Shown here in pieces: positions 21,497 to 34,052 of a stretch of DNA of 64,000 nucleotides. The translations under genes and the position numbers were made by a program. This stretch comes from Epithemia pelagica (lineage: Eukaryota > Protista > Bacillariophyta): NCBI GenBank assembly GCA_946965045.2, contig OX337231.1, positions 2,356,001 to 2,420,000 on the forward strand. The letters are read 5' to 3'. The notes below the pieces were generated by a model. The model was given only the letters and a program-made list of their open reading frames with translations, ran no database searches and was not told the origin of the DNA. The stretch's first letter is position 1, and each line of letters begins with the position of its first letter.

Positions 21497-24400
21497 TTAT
21501 TTGGCCGGTTGCTTGGAAGCAGTCGACCACTGTTGCATTTGAGAAAATATAACATGTTCCGTCTCATGCCCAAGTATACGATTGGCCTCGTTCACCAATG
21601 AATGTTCTTCGTATCCACGACGATCATCTTTCCATCCAATGACATCATGATCGATTCGTGTAATGTCGCAGGCCAAAAGCGGATGAGAAAATCCGGGCAT
21701 TCGCAGCTGCGGGACATAGGCCATGACTTCGCTCAAATGCTTGACCGAGCTAAATGGGATCTTCTGGTCGGCACCATCCGGCTGAATGAAGCAAAAGCAA
21801 GTGCGGTAAGATCAGAGTATTTTATTTATGAGAGGGGAGGGGGAAGATGTTCCATTCAACAATGTTTCGACTTACCTCATATGTGCTCTTGAAAATGGAT
21901 TCAATGTAAGGTACCAGGTTTTCTTTGATGAGCACGACGCCACCAACGACAAGGATGACCAAGGCCGTCCAAGCGTACATGGATGTGATCGATTCTTGAC
22001 TGTTGGTCATCCATTCATCACCATCCAATTGGAACTTGGGGAGTGGCGGGAAAATTGCTGATCGCAGATAGTCTTGATTGCAGAAATAGTATCCATTGTC
22101 GTCGCCTTGACACAAATTGTCAAACGGGTATCCAGACCACCAGTACGCACTCATGACAATATGAATCAACAAGGCCATGGTGAAAAAGTAGTTGCGACTC
22201 AGTCGTGACAAGGACGCTCCCACATCGGGGCTGGGACGCCACATGCGCAACATGCAGAATTTGGCCACTACAAAATGTGTCATCAACGCAAAGGCACCCA
22301 GAAACAAGGAGGAGGGCAATATTGCGGAATAAAAGAGTGACACAAACAAGACTTTGGTCGCATCGGTATATCGCTCGGATAGCTCAAACTTTCCTCCAAT
22401 GAAATACGAGTTCATTTCATCTTGGTCTTCTGCTCGGGGAGCAAGAATGTGCTTCCGGACGAATCCCATGATATCAAACAACTTGATGATTGGGATTGTG
22501 ACCAACTCGGCAAAAATAATGTTGTAAACGCCCTGATTCAAGCTGTCTCCTCCATGAATTGGGTTGAACGATATGGTATCCGTAAAGCGGGTCACGAGAA
22601 GGAGAGCAATCCCGGAATTGAACCAACGGAACAAGGCGACCTTAATGTACAAACTCGCTTGTCGTGCACCCTCTGTGGAATGAGATTCAAACTTGTTGAT
22701 AAACTCACAAATTTTGGGAACAAGGACATTTGTCTTAAGAATCAAAGAATATACGACAGTGCCATGTGAGTGTGAGCTCCTCCGACATGCCACAAAACTT
22801 GGTGGAGGGTCAAGATTCAAAAGTACGTACCACAGCGATAAAGAGTGGAATGAGATAGGATCCGGGATCTTCCGTGTAAATGGCCCGAATAAAATAGGCG
22901 GACCAATGCATAAACCAGAGAACCATGGCGGTTGTTCCAATGTACTGCACAAATCGTACCAAGGATGAAACTTCCAGATCCATCCACCGGATATCGGTAG
23001 GTTCCATGGATTCTTTAATGGCCACAACATGTCGTCCCCGAAATCCCAAGGCATCTTGCAATTGCGCCTTGGTATCGGCGTGGGCCAGATTGACGACAAA
23101 ATCTCCCGTCGCCTCTTCTTTCCAGTCGGCAAAATCCAAGAGTGTTTCCGGCAATCGACTGGATTCTACCTTTTCATTGACAATCATGCGACCCGTCTCA
23201 TCAAAGCGACTCGTATCAATCGTTTGTCGCCACAAATTGAGCTTGCTCGGGGTCAGTGTGTACAAACAGTTGCGTTGGGCCCGTTCCGTGTCAAAGGTGG
23301 CAAAGACCGCCACGGCGCGGTAGGGTTTGCGTGCCAATTCCTCCACTTGAGTTTGTAATTTTTGCAACTTGGACCACAAGGCCGATGGACTGGGAAACAA
23401 GAATGGAATAGAACACGAACAACACGTCTTGGGAAGCTCTGCGATGGCCTTTTCGACTTGTTCTTTATCAAAGGTATCACAATTGGCCGGTAACTTGCGT
23501 GCCAATTGCATACGAGTCCGCTTGTGTGAGACCAAGGTTTGCAACAGGCGGGCATTGTCAATGGCGACCGTGACATAGGCGACGGATCCAAATTGACCGA
23601 GATAGTCTTTCCATTCACTCGGATCCACAGCGTCCGGCGGTGGATTGCTAATTTTGATGGAATAATCCGAGGCCGTTTGAACTTCTTCGTCAAAGACCAC
23701 TTCGGCACTGGGTTGCAACCAAAAAAAGGCAAAACCAAATTGGACAATCAAGAGCAGGGACGCACCAAAGGAGAGAATTCCGGGCATGAGCCAATCGGAA
23801 AAGTTGCACTCATTTTTGAGGGCATAGGGATATTGTTGTTGTTGTTGTGCCGCACCATCGTCGTCACCTTGTTGTTGTTGCTGATTATTGTCATAGTTGT
23901 CATTGTTTTGGTACCACAGTCGGTCTTCATGCATGAATCCTTGACAGGAATCGCATTCGACCCATTCGGTATCGACACACACGGCCGAGGCGCGGACGGG
24001 CAAGACCAAATCGTCGGTTCCCGACGAATAGGAATCCTGCCAAAAGTAATAACTGAGGGGCAAATTCAAGAATCCGGCCATGGCCAAAAAGGCGGCCAAG
24101 GCCAACAGGGTGGAAAAGTACATGCGCACCGACACTCCAAAATCGGCAAAACTTTTGGTCGGTGTCGACCAGAGCGGATACAATTTGGTGGGTCGTTTGT
24201 TTTCTCCAAAGGGAGCCCGGACAAAGGTTCCGGCTGGTTCGTCGCTGTAAATGCGTGCCAGCGTCATGTGCTATAGAAATATCAAAATGATATCAGATTA
24301 TGTAACAAAGGGAACGTTGGAAAGTCACCACCATCCCACAGGACGACATGAATGAGGTTCGCTTCTTAGAACAACAACTAAGTGGACATGACAGTGTCCG

Positions 24401-24724
24401 TCTACATACCTCATAATGTGCCCAAGCTTCATCGAGATTGGGTCCGCCTTGTCGTTTGGGATAATAACAGGAAAATCGCGACAAGAATCGTGCCAAGAGA
24501 CGACCACTGGACATTTGGGCTGGTGCATCTCCATAGACGGTACATTTTTGTCCCTTGTCTTCATCCACTTCCTCCACACCCAATCCATGCAATAGGCCAC
24601 CCCGAGCCTTGCTTAACATGACATCGGGATCTTCCACTACCACTACAACTCCATCAATCATGGTTTGGAGTGTCTGTTTCGGATCGTTCTTGTTGCTCGT
24701 GGTGGTATCGGAAGAACAAATCAT
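21497..24724 (-). CDS. OSCA/TMEM63 (CSC1-like) membrane channel, at least 4 exons; 5' end uncertain
   Basis: Exons ~24724-24410, 24270-22831, 22733-21876 and 21781-21497, all joined by GT-AG introns. FGVSVRMYF, AVAVFATF, EPTDIRWMDL, ELSERYTDATKVLFVSLFYSAILP, multiple TM helices. Confidence 0.8.
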
Positions 24725-25369
24725 GATCAATCACACACTGCTGACCGCGTATTGGATCAACAACACACCACAAGTCCAAAAGGGTTCCGCTTGATCGTGG
24801 GTTCCATCCAGCATGCAACAGACCCTAGATCGATGAGGAGGATGCAACTTGCGATTTTCGGAACTTAGTTTGTCGCCAACGTCGCTGAAAACTAGCTCGC
24901 CCGACGTGCGGAATGATGTATCCGTTATATACGGTTATTTCAGCAGCGCCCGAATCCGCCGAATGCGAGGGCGATTGGTGGTAGTCTATGTGGTTCGACG
25001 TGGAAGTCGAAATGGATTGGACGAACGTACGTGGGTCGTACGTCGCCGTCTGTCATGCCACAGGATGCCACGTAACACGTAACCATTCGGGCTTCCAAGT
25101 TCAAGGTAGAGTCTGAGCAGCCGAAGCGATGGAACAGCTCGGCCAAATGGAAAGAGCATGTTCCACTGTGCTTCCCCGTAGGACTCGAGAAAGAAACGGT
25201 GGTTTCAAGGTTCGCATTGTACAGGATATCTTTGAGCGGTTGCAACTTGCAGTCTCTCGTTTCGTTTTTCGCCCTTTTTCACACTGGATTGCTCGTTCGA
25301 ATTGCAGATTTTTTGGAAAGCGACAACCACTGATTGGAATCCACTACTACGGCAAACATCCATATCATC

Positions 25370-27372
25370 ATGCAAAATCAAGCTCTGTTTGCGTCGAGTT
25401 CCATGGCCAATGGACAGGTCCAGCAGGTGGGTGCCTTGAGAGAGAAGTGTATGATAATCGTTTGGTGGAATGTGGAGAATGCGCAACCGTGACTACTGGA
25501 GACAATACGGATGGAGACTCACTCGAGCCTGCATTATTTTTTATGTTGTCATTTTGTTTAAAATTGTGTTTGAAATTCTTTTGTGTCAACAGGATGATTT
25601 TGATTTCAATGAGGTGTTTGCGGAATATTTTAGCCATGAATTTGATTTGGATCCCTTGAATGCGTACACCAGTTCCATGGCCAATTACAACACGGCTCCG
25701 ACTGCGACAGTCCAAGGCCTTCCTACCGCAGCGCAAGCTCATGCGGCCGCCTTGGCGCAAACGAGCAATGCCGTTGTGGAACCAACCACCCTGGCGGCGG
25801 ATGCCACCACGACGGTGGATGCTACTGCGGCTGGGGGAAGTTCTGTTGTACCAAACCCAACAACCACCACGGCTCCCACAACGACCAGCAAGGGCTTTCA
25901 TCTTCCGACGGGAGGTATCAAAACGGCCTTTCATGTAGGATCGTCCGTTCCTTCGAGACCGGCCGGTGTCATTGTTCCACCCACGAAACGAACCAAAAGC
26001 GAGACAGCCACATCGTCGGCTAATACCATGCCACCACCTACCACTGTGCCATCCGCCACCACTGCTCCCACACCCATTGCCGCCTTGGCCTTGGCGCATC
26101 AACAAGCAGCTTCGGCGGCGGCGGTTCAACAACTTCAAGAGCAACAACAACAACAACTGTTGAATCAACAACAAACGCAACAACAATTAGCAGTCTTGCA
26201 ACAATTTGGGATGCAAGCTCAGCAGCTCCAACAACAACAGCAACAACAATTAAATTTGGCCACTGCGGTTCCCACGACAGTAACTTCTTCCACCACTGCC
26301 ACAACCGCAGCAGCAGCAGGAGTCGGTCCCGCCACGGCGGCTGCCAACAAGGCGGCTGCCGCTACCGCCAATCGAGTGGCCTTACCGGTCGGAGTGGGCA
26401 TTCGATTGGGTGGATTGGGAGGGATTGCTCCAGCGACAGCCGCTGCGACTGCACGACCGCCCATGATTCAAGCACAATTTGCTGCGGCCCTGTGGGGTGG
26501 TGCTGCGGCGGCGGCCGCGGGAGGAGGAGCACCGGCACTCCTGCCGGGCGCCAATGAACAAGCCGCGGCCGAACGACGACAACGCAATCGAGAACATGCC
26601 AAACGCAGTCGGGTACGAAAAAAGTTTATGCTCGAATCCATGCAAGAACAAGTTCGATCGCTGCAAATTGAAAATCAAAATTTGCGCATGATTGTTCAAG
26701 AACATATCCCCGAACATGCCGTGTCCATTATTTCCGAATGCTGTACCACCAGTCCGCTTTTTGCCGAACCCGAAGAAGAAAAGGCAGGGACAGCCGGCGA
26801 CGCGATTCCATTGGGAAAATCCGATTTTTCTCTCATGGAGAGTTTAACCTCGGGTCAACGATGCTTTGTCTTGTCCGATCCAAAGTTGCCCGACAATCCC
26901 ATTGTCTTTGCCAGTCCAGGCTTTTACGAAATGACGGGGTATACAGCCAAGGAAGTACTGGGACGGAATTGTCGATTTTTGCAAGGACCGGGGACGGATC
27001 CACGTGCCGTCGATGTCATTCGCAAGGCGATTGCTACTGGGGCCGATGCTACGATTTGTCTACTCAATTACAAGGCCGATGGAACACCCTTCTGGAATCA
27101 GTTTTTTATTGCCGCTCTGCGAGATTCGGACAATTGTATTGTTAATTATGTAAGTGTCAAAGAGAGGACGACCCGTATATGCTGCGTGTCATTCTCAGTC
27201 CCTGACAGTTTATGTTTGTCTTGGTAATGATGTGGATCAGGTGGGTGTCCAATGTGAAGTCGAGCCAGAACAAGGAGATTCGGGTGTCGAGGAAAAAGTC
27301 AATGAAGTCCTTCCACTGGGTACCAAGGGCGAAGATGGAACCGCCGAGGATGACCAGTTGGAGGAACAATAA
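25370..27372 (+). CDS. AUREO1: Aureochrome (bZIP-LOV blue-light transcription factor; AUREO1b-like), 3 exons
   Basis: bZIP RRQRNREHAKRSRVRKKFMLESMQ and LOV GRNCRFLQG, NYKADGTPFWN. Exons 25370-25417, 25593-27149 and 27241-27372 (the last restores NYVGVQCEV). The subtype call is tentative. Confidence 0.93.
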
Positions 27373-27613
27373 TGTTCGCCGCTCAAGGTTAAAGCGCAGT
27401 TTGACGTAATGGAGGACTTGTGTTCCTTTTTAGTTTTGGTTCGGGATTGTGCAATGATAATACGCTGGCAAATGTCAATACACAACACACAACTATACTA
27501 TAGATCATATCACTCTCTTTGCCAGAGAACCAACATTGCACTAACGAAATATAATACTGTTTGTACTACTCCTTTTAGAAAATGACTTGTTCTACTGTTG
27601 TCCCCAGCAGAAA

Positions 27614-28801
27614 CTATCCAGTAGTACTCGACGGGAGAGGTTCTTTTCTCTTGGCGGCTGGATCCGAAACGCTTCCCCCCATGGGTCGTCCGACTGGTTT
27701 CCCGGTGACAACCGATTTGCGACTGAGTCGAACCAGAATTTGGTCCATGGCTGTCCATGCACAAACGCAATACAAGCGACACGATACGGTGTTTTGTGAG
27801 ATGCATGACTCGCAGGAAATAAAGCAACAAGAAGCCCGAGAAACACTTTTGTGACGTTAAACGTACCTTCCGTGGCCCGAATGCCTTCTTCTTCGGCGGG
27901 TGTACGTTCTCCCGGTCGTCGATGATCCAGAACCTTTCGCCGCTTTCGACGGTGAGCCAATTGTCGCAGTTCTACCGGTCCTGCCTCTTTTTGAAATTCC
28001 GCTTCAAAAACCCACAAATAACCCAGCGATGGTTGGTAAAAGGTACATTTGCGGAGGGAATCCAAGGTGGAGGAAAGAGCACCCAACGTTTTGGCCACGT
28101 GCGCTTTGCAAAGCGAGCGAACCGATGGTGCCTACCCCAATCAACAGAATGGCGATGCAATGTTGTTAGAATGTAGTTTGGAATCACTACAGAACGACAA
28201 AACATCATTACCTTGTAAATCACACCCTGGCAAAGAAATGTGAATAATGTTGAGAAACGGGGCATTCGTACAACCAAAATCAATAGCCAGCATAGTCTCA
28301 TGATTTTACCTCAATCACATAATAAACACCCAAGATCTTGATGGAGGACGGGCTTGTTCTCAGGACATGTCTCAGTGTATACAGCGGGGATGGTTGCATA
28401 TAAAAGACTGGATCGGGAGGAGGTCGCAATTCATACTGTTCGCCCGTGAGCTTGGTCAAGGAAGCCTGATATTCCTCTTCTGCCGCAGCCGGCGTTAGAG
28501 GCTCACCATGCAAACCTTGTTGCATCAAGATACCAATGGTAATGCCTTGCATGGCCAAGACATCGTTGCTGGTGTTGACCGTGGCTCGGAACGGATTCAA
28601 GGGATGTAAAAAATAATCAATCACATTGGCACGCTGCAAGCCAAACCTCGCTAGAAACACTGGATCTACAAACGATGCAGTCTCCGACATGATCTGGTTA
28701 TCTCTCCCTTGGAGAAGATTTTGAAGACTACACACAGAATTATTTACATCGATGCCATTGTCAGAGGTCAGAAAATGAGGGCCATGATCGGCCACCCCCA
28801 T
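27614..28801 (-). CDS. MED6: Mediator subunit 6, 4 exons including a 15-nt micro-exon
   Basis: FVDPVFLARFGLQRANVIDYFLHPLNPF..SNDVLAMQ..LTGEQYEL..LYTLRHVLRTSP..LGVYYVIE|GVIYK|APSVRSL. Exons 28801-28310, 28226-28212, 28131-27867 and 27750-27614, all GT-AG. Confidence 0.82.
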
Positions 28802-29332
28802 TCTAACAAGGGAGAGTCCGAGTCCATGGGGCGCCCCCCCCTCTTCGGTTGGTCAAAATGAAAATGAGGGAGAAGAACTATCCTTACTACATGTATGTAG
28901 GAGTAGCATCCAATTCTCCTTAGACTTTTTTCGTTCGGAGGAATCGTCTTCTATTGCTCGTTAACAAAGAGCTAGCCATATTAATAAGTAGGTTGATGGA
29001 TGAGAGAGTTTTGTTGAATCAAACTGAAACGCAATAACAGAAGAAGTGATTGTTTCTTCATCCTGTCCTCCAAGCGAGCGACGGATGTTACTTGTGCGTT
29101 CGTGAGATGCGGATGAATCCATGATGAACTCGAGGCCACGCAAAAAGAGAAAGTCCATGTTCTGTCCCTCCCTTATGGATACGAAAAAGAAGTGTAGGAT
29201 CCATGGCAATGCGGGCTCTCCGATCGTTGCTGTTCCATGCAATTAGGAGAAGGGGGAGAGGCAAATAATTCTGCAAGTGTCATCCTGTGACAATTGGGCT
29301 CTCATTCTTGTACATACGTAGAACCATCGTTT

Positions 29333-31819
29333 TCAATTGCCAAAGCCCAGATCAAAATCTAACCAATCAAAATCATTGAGATCTGCATTCATGGCAGCAT
29401 CCAAACAATCCATATTGGAATCTTGGGTGAAATTGTTGGACCGATCTTTGGATCGTCCTCGTGTTCCACCACCTCCTGTGCCTCCCACGTTTCGTTTGGG
29501 TCCAAGATTCATCGAAGAAGAGGACATTGACGATCGAGACCGGTTGTTGGAAGAAGAAGAGTTCATTTTCAGCGATGGATGATTCGCCATTCCAGAGGAG
29601 GCGAGTCCGTGATGATTCGCACGTGAGGATGACGACAGAAACGAGCCAACAGTATAATTGGGCATTGGTGTAACGAATCGAGAGGGAATGTGACACTTTT
29701 GAATGGCACCGGTTTCGTCTGGTTCGTCTTCGTCAAATTGAACCACAACAATATCATCATTTTCTTGACAATATGTCGTACTGTCCATGACTGTGGCACT
29801 GTACAAGGCTGTCGTATCGGGATACATGGCAAAGACTCGGGATCCTTTGCGATAAAAGAATTGGCACCATTCGGCGGCATCCACGTAATTGCGGGGCAAA
29901 GGCAAGACGGCATGACGAGCGACCGAATATGTCGGAGAGACATGGGCAGTTCCGCCATTGTCCTCGACATCCATCACCACCACCGGTTCCCGAAACGCTT
30001 GGGCACGTTTCGAGGGATGGATCTTGAGCAAATCGGCCGGAGAGTTGGAAGGATAGTCTTTGAGGACACTGGCCAAAATCCACAATTCTCGACTCGATAC
30101 CTTGGCCGCGACCCGATCACCTTTGTGGAGAGATCGAAAGGGTAAGACTTCCAATACTTTTTGAATGTGTTCCTTTTTGGTACACAAACGTTTCCCCGTC
30201 ACAGCGTCAAACTCGGGAATCATGTCCAAGATACACTTGTGCGGTTCGTCCGCGGGAGATGAGAGTTTGGTTTTGCGTTGTTTCCGCAAGGTTGATGTTT
30301 TGGCATTGTTGGTAGAGGAGGATTCCGTAGTGTCGACACTGGCGTGTCGTGACGACAAGGAGTGGGGACGTTGGGAAGCATTGCCAATTGTTGTTGTTGC
30401 ATCTCCACCAAAGGCAGTGGCAGTGTGTTGGGATGTTCGTGGTTTCATTTGTACCACCGAGGAAGAAGGACCTCCTCTTCCCGCGGCATGTGGTAAAGCG
30501 GGCAATCGAGACCGTGGCATACCGCTGTGTAGGCTATTGCTACCAGAATTGGTAGGAACAATGGGAGAGGCAGCCGGTAACAAGGTAACACCATCGGTTG
30601 AGGACACTGTGGTGGCAATGGGTGTCGTTTGAGGACCCGACAAAATGTCCAACGAAGAAGAAGTGTTTGGATGATTCGTGGCACTAGAACGGACTCGCAT
30701 CGTCACTGCGGCGGCCGCATTACTGGCAGCAGTAGTTCCACCCGCAAACGAAGAAGAGACAGCCATTGGATCCGAGGACATGGCCGCCGGATGTTGTTGT
30801 TGATGAGGTAAGGGAGGAGGTGGATGTTTGGCCACAAAGGAAGCCGGACGGGGACTTGTGGGAAGTCCAGGCCCCAAGGGAGGGGGAGGGACCATCCACG
30901 AGAGGGACGACGGCGAAGAAGATGTGGTGGTGGTGGTCGCATCCTGAGTAGAGATAACGTTTAGTAACTCTTGCAAGGTTCCTCGAATCGCGGCATGCAA
31001 GGCTTCACAGTATCGTAATCCAATCTCCATTTCCGACTTGAGCTTTTTGGCCGTCCGGGCATTCATGACGCGGCCCTTTAGTTCTTCTTCATCCTCTTGT
31101 TGCGGTTGTTGTGCTGCCCCGGAGGAGGGTGGAGTTTGACTTGGCAGTGCGGCAGAAGCAGAGGATGATATTTGTGAATGATCTCGCTTGTTTCCGGCTT
31201 CTGCTACCACACCGATTGGTTTGGAAGCAAGTTTTTGATTTGATTCATTATTGGTCGGGGCTTGCTTGGGATCTTTGACGATTGCTTCCAACAAAGGACC
31301 GTCACCTTGTTGTTGTTGTTGTTGTTGAAGTTGTTGTCGTCGTTGTTCTTGTTTGGCTTTGGTCGCATTGGTTTGTCGGGCCCGTTGTCGTTTAATTCGT
31401 TGCACCGTAGCTGTCGCCCGTAAAAACCCATTGACGGATTGGCCACCAAACAATTGTCGGGCAATCCAAATGGTCCGATCTCTCCAATCGCAACGATTCA
31501 CCATGTCCATCACCTTGTGGTCCAAGGCGGGCGGCAAAGCGGCCGCAGCCAAGGCAGCCGCCGAAGCGGAGGTTGGTGATGCAGATGGAGGAACTTTGGG
31601 TCCGTCCGCACTGGGGTCACCGCTTCGGCTCTGTTTTTGGGTTAGATCCAAAGGTCGTTTCAGCATCGTCGACGTCTTAGCGGTGGTCGCATCGCTGGTG
31701 GCAGCAGCAGAAGATTGTCCAGAATGTTTTCGTGGAGCAGCAGCAGTAGTACCTGCTGTGGGTAGAGCCGAAGATGAGATTGGCCTTCCGCTAGAATTCA
31801 TGGAGGAAGTGTTTTTCAT
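29333..31819 (-). CDS. SGF29: SGF29-like tandem Tudor protein with a long low-complexity N-terminus
   Basis: GDRVAAKV..LWILASV...VLPLP...KGSRVFAMYPDTTALYSATV..VVQFDEDE..HIPSRFV matches the SGF29 double Tudor. First ATG at 31819. Confidence 0.78.
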   Translation of the reverse strand: MKNTSSMNSSGRPISSSALPTAGTTAAAPRKHSGQSSAAATSDATTAKTSTMLKRPLDLTQKQSRSGDPSADGPKVPPSASPTSASAAALAAAALPPALDHKVMDMVNRCDWRDRTIWIARQLFGGQSVNGFLRATATVQRIKRQRARQTNATKAKQEQRRQQLQQQQQQQGDGPLLEAIVKDPKQAPTNNESNQKLASKPIGVVAEAGNKRDHSQISSSASAALPSQTPPSSGAAQQPQQEDEEELKGRVMNARTAKKLKSEMEIGLRYCEALHAAIRGTLQELLNVISTQDATTTTTSSSPSSLSWMVPPPPLGPGLPTSPRPASFVAKHPPPPLPHQQQHPAAMSSDPMAVSSSFAGGTTAASNAAAAVTMRVRSSATNHPNTSSSLDILSGPQTTPIATTVSSTDGVTLLPAASPIVPTNSGSNSLHSGMPRSRLPALPHAAGRGGPSSSVVQMKPRTSQHTATAFGGDATTTIGNASQRPHSLSSRHASVDTTESSSTNNAKTSTLRKQRKTKLSSPADEPHKCILDMIPEFDAVTGKRLCTKKEHIQKVLEVLPFRSLHKGDRVAAKVSSRELWILASVLKDYPSNSPADLLKIHPSKRAQAFREPVVVMDVEDNGGTAHVSPTYSVARHAVLPLPRNYVDAAEWCQFFYRKGSRVFAMYPDTTALYSATVMDSTTYCQENDDIVVVQFDEDEPDETGAIQKCHIPSRFVTPMPNYTVGSFLSSSSRANHHGLASSGMANHPSLKMNSSSSNNRSRSSMSSSSMNLGPKRNVGGTGGGGTRGRSKDRSNNFTQDSNMDCLDAAMNADLNDFDWLDFDLGFGN

Positions 31820-32300
31820 GGCGTCTCGTTGTGTTGAGGAGAGACAACACGACGACAATGTTGTTCATTGTGCCGATCTCTTGTCGCCGTCGATCAGGTA
31901 GTATCTCCAATAAAGATGAGGGCCAAATGGATGGAACACATAGACCAACAATTCCTCTATTGTAGGAGTAGTTAGGAAGCTACCTCATGAAAAATCATGG
32001 GCTACCCATAGCTCAGTGATAGCTTCCGCGCGAGAAAATGGAACTTACTATAGGATCGACAGTAGAAAATTCTCTTAAATAAATAATTCCTGCCATATTG
32101 ATACTTAAGGCTGTTTGAAATTTTAGCCGATCCAAACGTATGCCCCCCCTTGATTCTTTTTGATCCCTACAAGCTTTACGTCTCTGAAATAGGACATTTT
32201 GGAATCTGACGAACGTCTGGAGAATTCCCAACCAGTGATCGAGAGACCAAGTCGTTTCCCCCCACGTTTTGAAGTCCATTTTTCACTGAACCAACCCAGT

Positions 32301-33431
32301 ATGGTGGAGGTTCGTTCCGAACCTCTGGAATGTCCGACCATGAGCGACGAAAATGGATCCTCCAGGTCCTTGTGTGACGATCGTTCCTGTGATACGATAT
32401 CCATTGAAAGCAGCGAGGATCATCATCGTGGCGAAGAGTTTCGTAACGACAAGTACTTGAAGCAAAAGAGACGAGGGTCTGGACTGGGTGGAATTGCCAA
32501 CTACTTTAAAGCGAGCATCAAGGGACGTCTTCTGGCTCAAAGTAAAGAGGATGTTGGCGGCGATCATGATCCTGTAGTGCCGAGTCAGGTTAGCACGACA
32601 TTGGCAACAGCGACAGAACGAACCTCGGAAGATTCCAGTCGAAGTTCCGACAAGGAGAAATCATCCTCGTCGTCATCCGATCGGTCGCCGATGGAATTTC
32701 TCGATGTCATGTGGCGCAGTCGAGGTTACTCCAGAGACTTGTATTACACCTTGGAGACAGCATATTTCAACTCGCCTTCTCCACTTCAAGTGGCAAGTTA
32801 CCATGAAAACATTACGAAAATGGTTCGTGAGGAGAAAGTTGTCGAACTTCGCGCCCTGTTAGCTTCGGGCCTATCCAACAATCCTAGTAACGAAAAGGGC
32901 GAATCTCTGGTGCATGAGGTTTGTCGCGCTGGATCACACACTCTGTTATCCGTCCTGATGCATCAATTGGATGCCACGGTACAAATTTCCAATGATTCGG
33001 GTCAGACGCCCCTGCACCATGCCTGTGTCGGTGGACCGGAGGGTCCCTATTTTGCCGTGGTGGATTTGTTGGCCGCGTGCGATCGTCGCATGTTTAGTCT
33101 CAAGGACGATACGGGCAAAACACCCTTGGAATACATTCCCCTGGAACAGTGGGGAGCCTGGATTGATTTTCTCTATGTACGCCGCGATGTGTATTGGCCA
33201 CGACGTCTCGTCAAGGTGGACGGTCCCGAACCCGATCCACCCTTGACTCTGGAAGCTCCCCGTTCTCGGTGCGTGAGCAATCCGTCGTTGGCGCTCACCC
33301 CCGAGGTGGCGGCGGCACTGGTGGTGGGTGAAATTACAGTGGAACAAGTGGCACAACGCCAAGAGGAGAAAGAGGTGGGTCAAGCCACGACGGATTCGAC
33401 GACAGCCACTCGTACCACCCTTTCCATCTGA
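32301..33431 (+). CDS. Ankyrin-repeat protein (lineage-expanded family)
   Basis: GLSNNPSNEKGESLVHEVCRAG, SNDSGQTPLHHAC and KDDTGKTPLEY, preceded by LETAYFNSPSPLQVASY. The start is uncertain (32301 or 32340). Confidence 0.8.
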   Translation: MVEVRSEPLECPTMSDENGSSRSLCDDRSCDTISIESSEDHHRGEEFRNDKYLKQKRRGSGLGGIANYFKASIKGRLLAQSKEDVGGDHDPVVPSQVSTTLATATERTSEDSSRSSDKEKSSSSSSDRSPMEFLDVMWRSRGYSRDLYYTLETAYFNSPSPLQVASYHENITKMVREEKVVELRALLASGLSNNPSNEKGESLVHEVCRAGSHTLLSVLMHQLDATVQISNDSGQTPLHHACVGGPEGPYFAVVDLLAACDRRMFSLKDDTGKTPLEYIPLEQWGAWIDFLYVRRDVYWPRRLVKVDGPEPDPPLTLEAPRSRCVSNPSLALTPEVAAALVVGEITVEQVAQRQEEKEVGQATTDSTTATRTTLSI

Positions 33432-34052
33432 AACTTGGCACTACCAAAACAGCAAGCCGCTCTTTAGCGTGGTGCAAACAACAAGACAACAAAACTGCAG
33501 GAACAAAACATACCATGCGGATGAAAAACACTAATATACAAAGACGAACATACACTCACACACACTGGGACTCGAAGGTTTTTGAAAACGAAGCAATGGC
33601 ATTAAGTTGTCCATTGCTCCACACATACTGACTGGGGAATGGCATTAAGTTGTGCATTTCGCAAACGGCGTAGTAGAGGAACGAGGTATATAGCAAAGTA
33701 TTACTTTAAGAGAACAAAGATTGTGTTGATACATCATGATTCTTCTCTCTAGGAAATAGCCGACCCTCTTGGAGTTTGTCGAAATGCATGAAACAGGTCA
33801 CCGCTAATATCTCGTTGTGCTGGAAAAAGAACGGATTCACAACTCCTAACGATTCAGGATACTATGTTTGCCGAAATATGGCAGTCTTTCAATATTGTCG
33901 CTCTACTTTACATGTACGTTAGCGCTTAAGCATTCCCGAACAGTGGTGTAGACTTGATTAGCGTCGTGCCTGCTTTTTATGTGTGCTTTGGAGCATTGGA
34001 TTACGGTATTGAATGTCATAGTATTTGCTTGTTTGTTTGTTTGTCGTTTCTT

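Noticed and set aside
33593-33653. 16-bp direct repeat aatggcattaagttgt with a 27-bp spacer and a small hairpin
   Set aside because: Only two units, no cas genes, eukaryotic context. Not CRISPR; probably a local duplication or a regulatory repeat.
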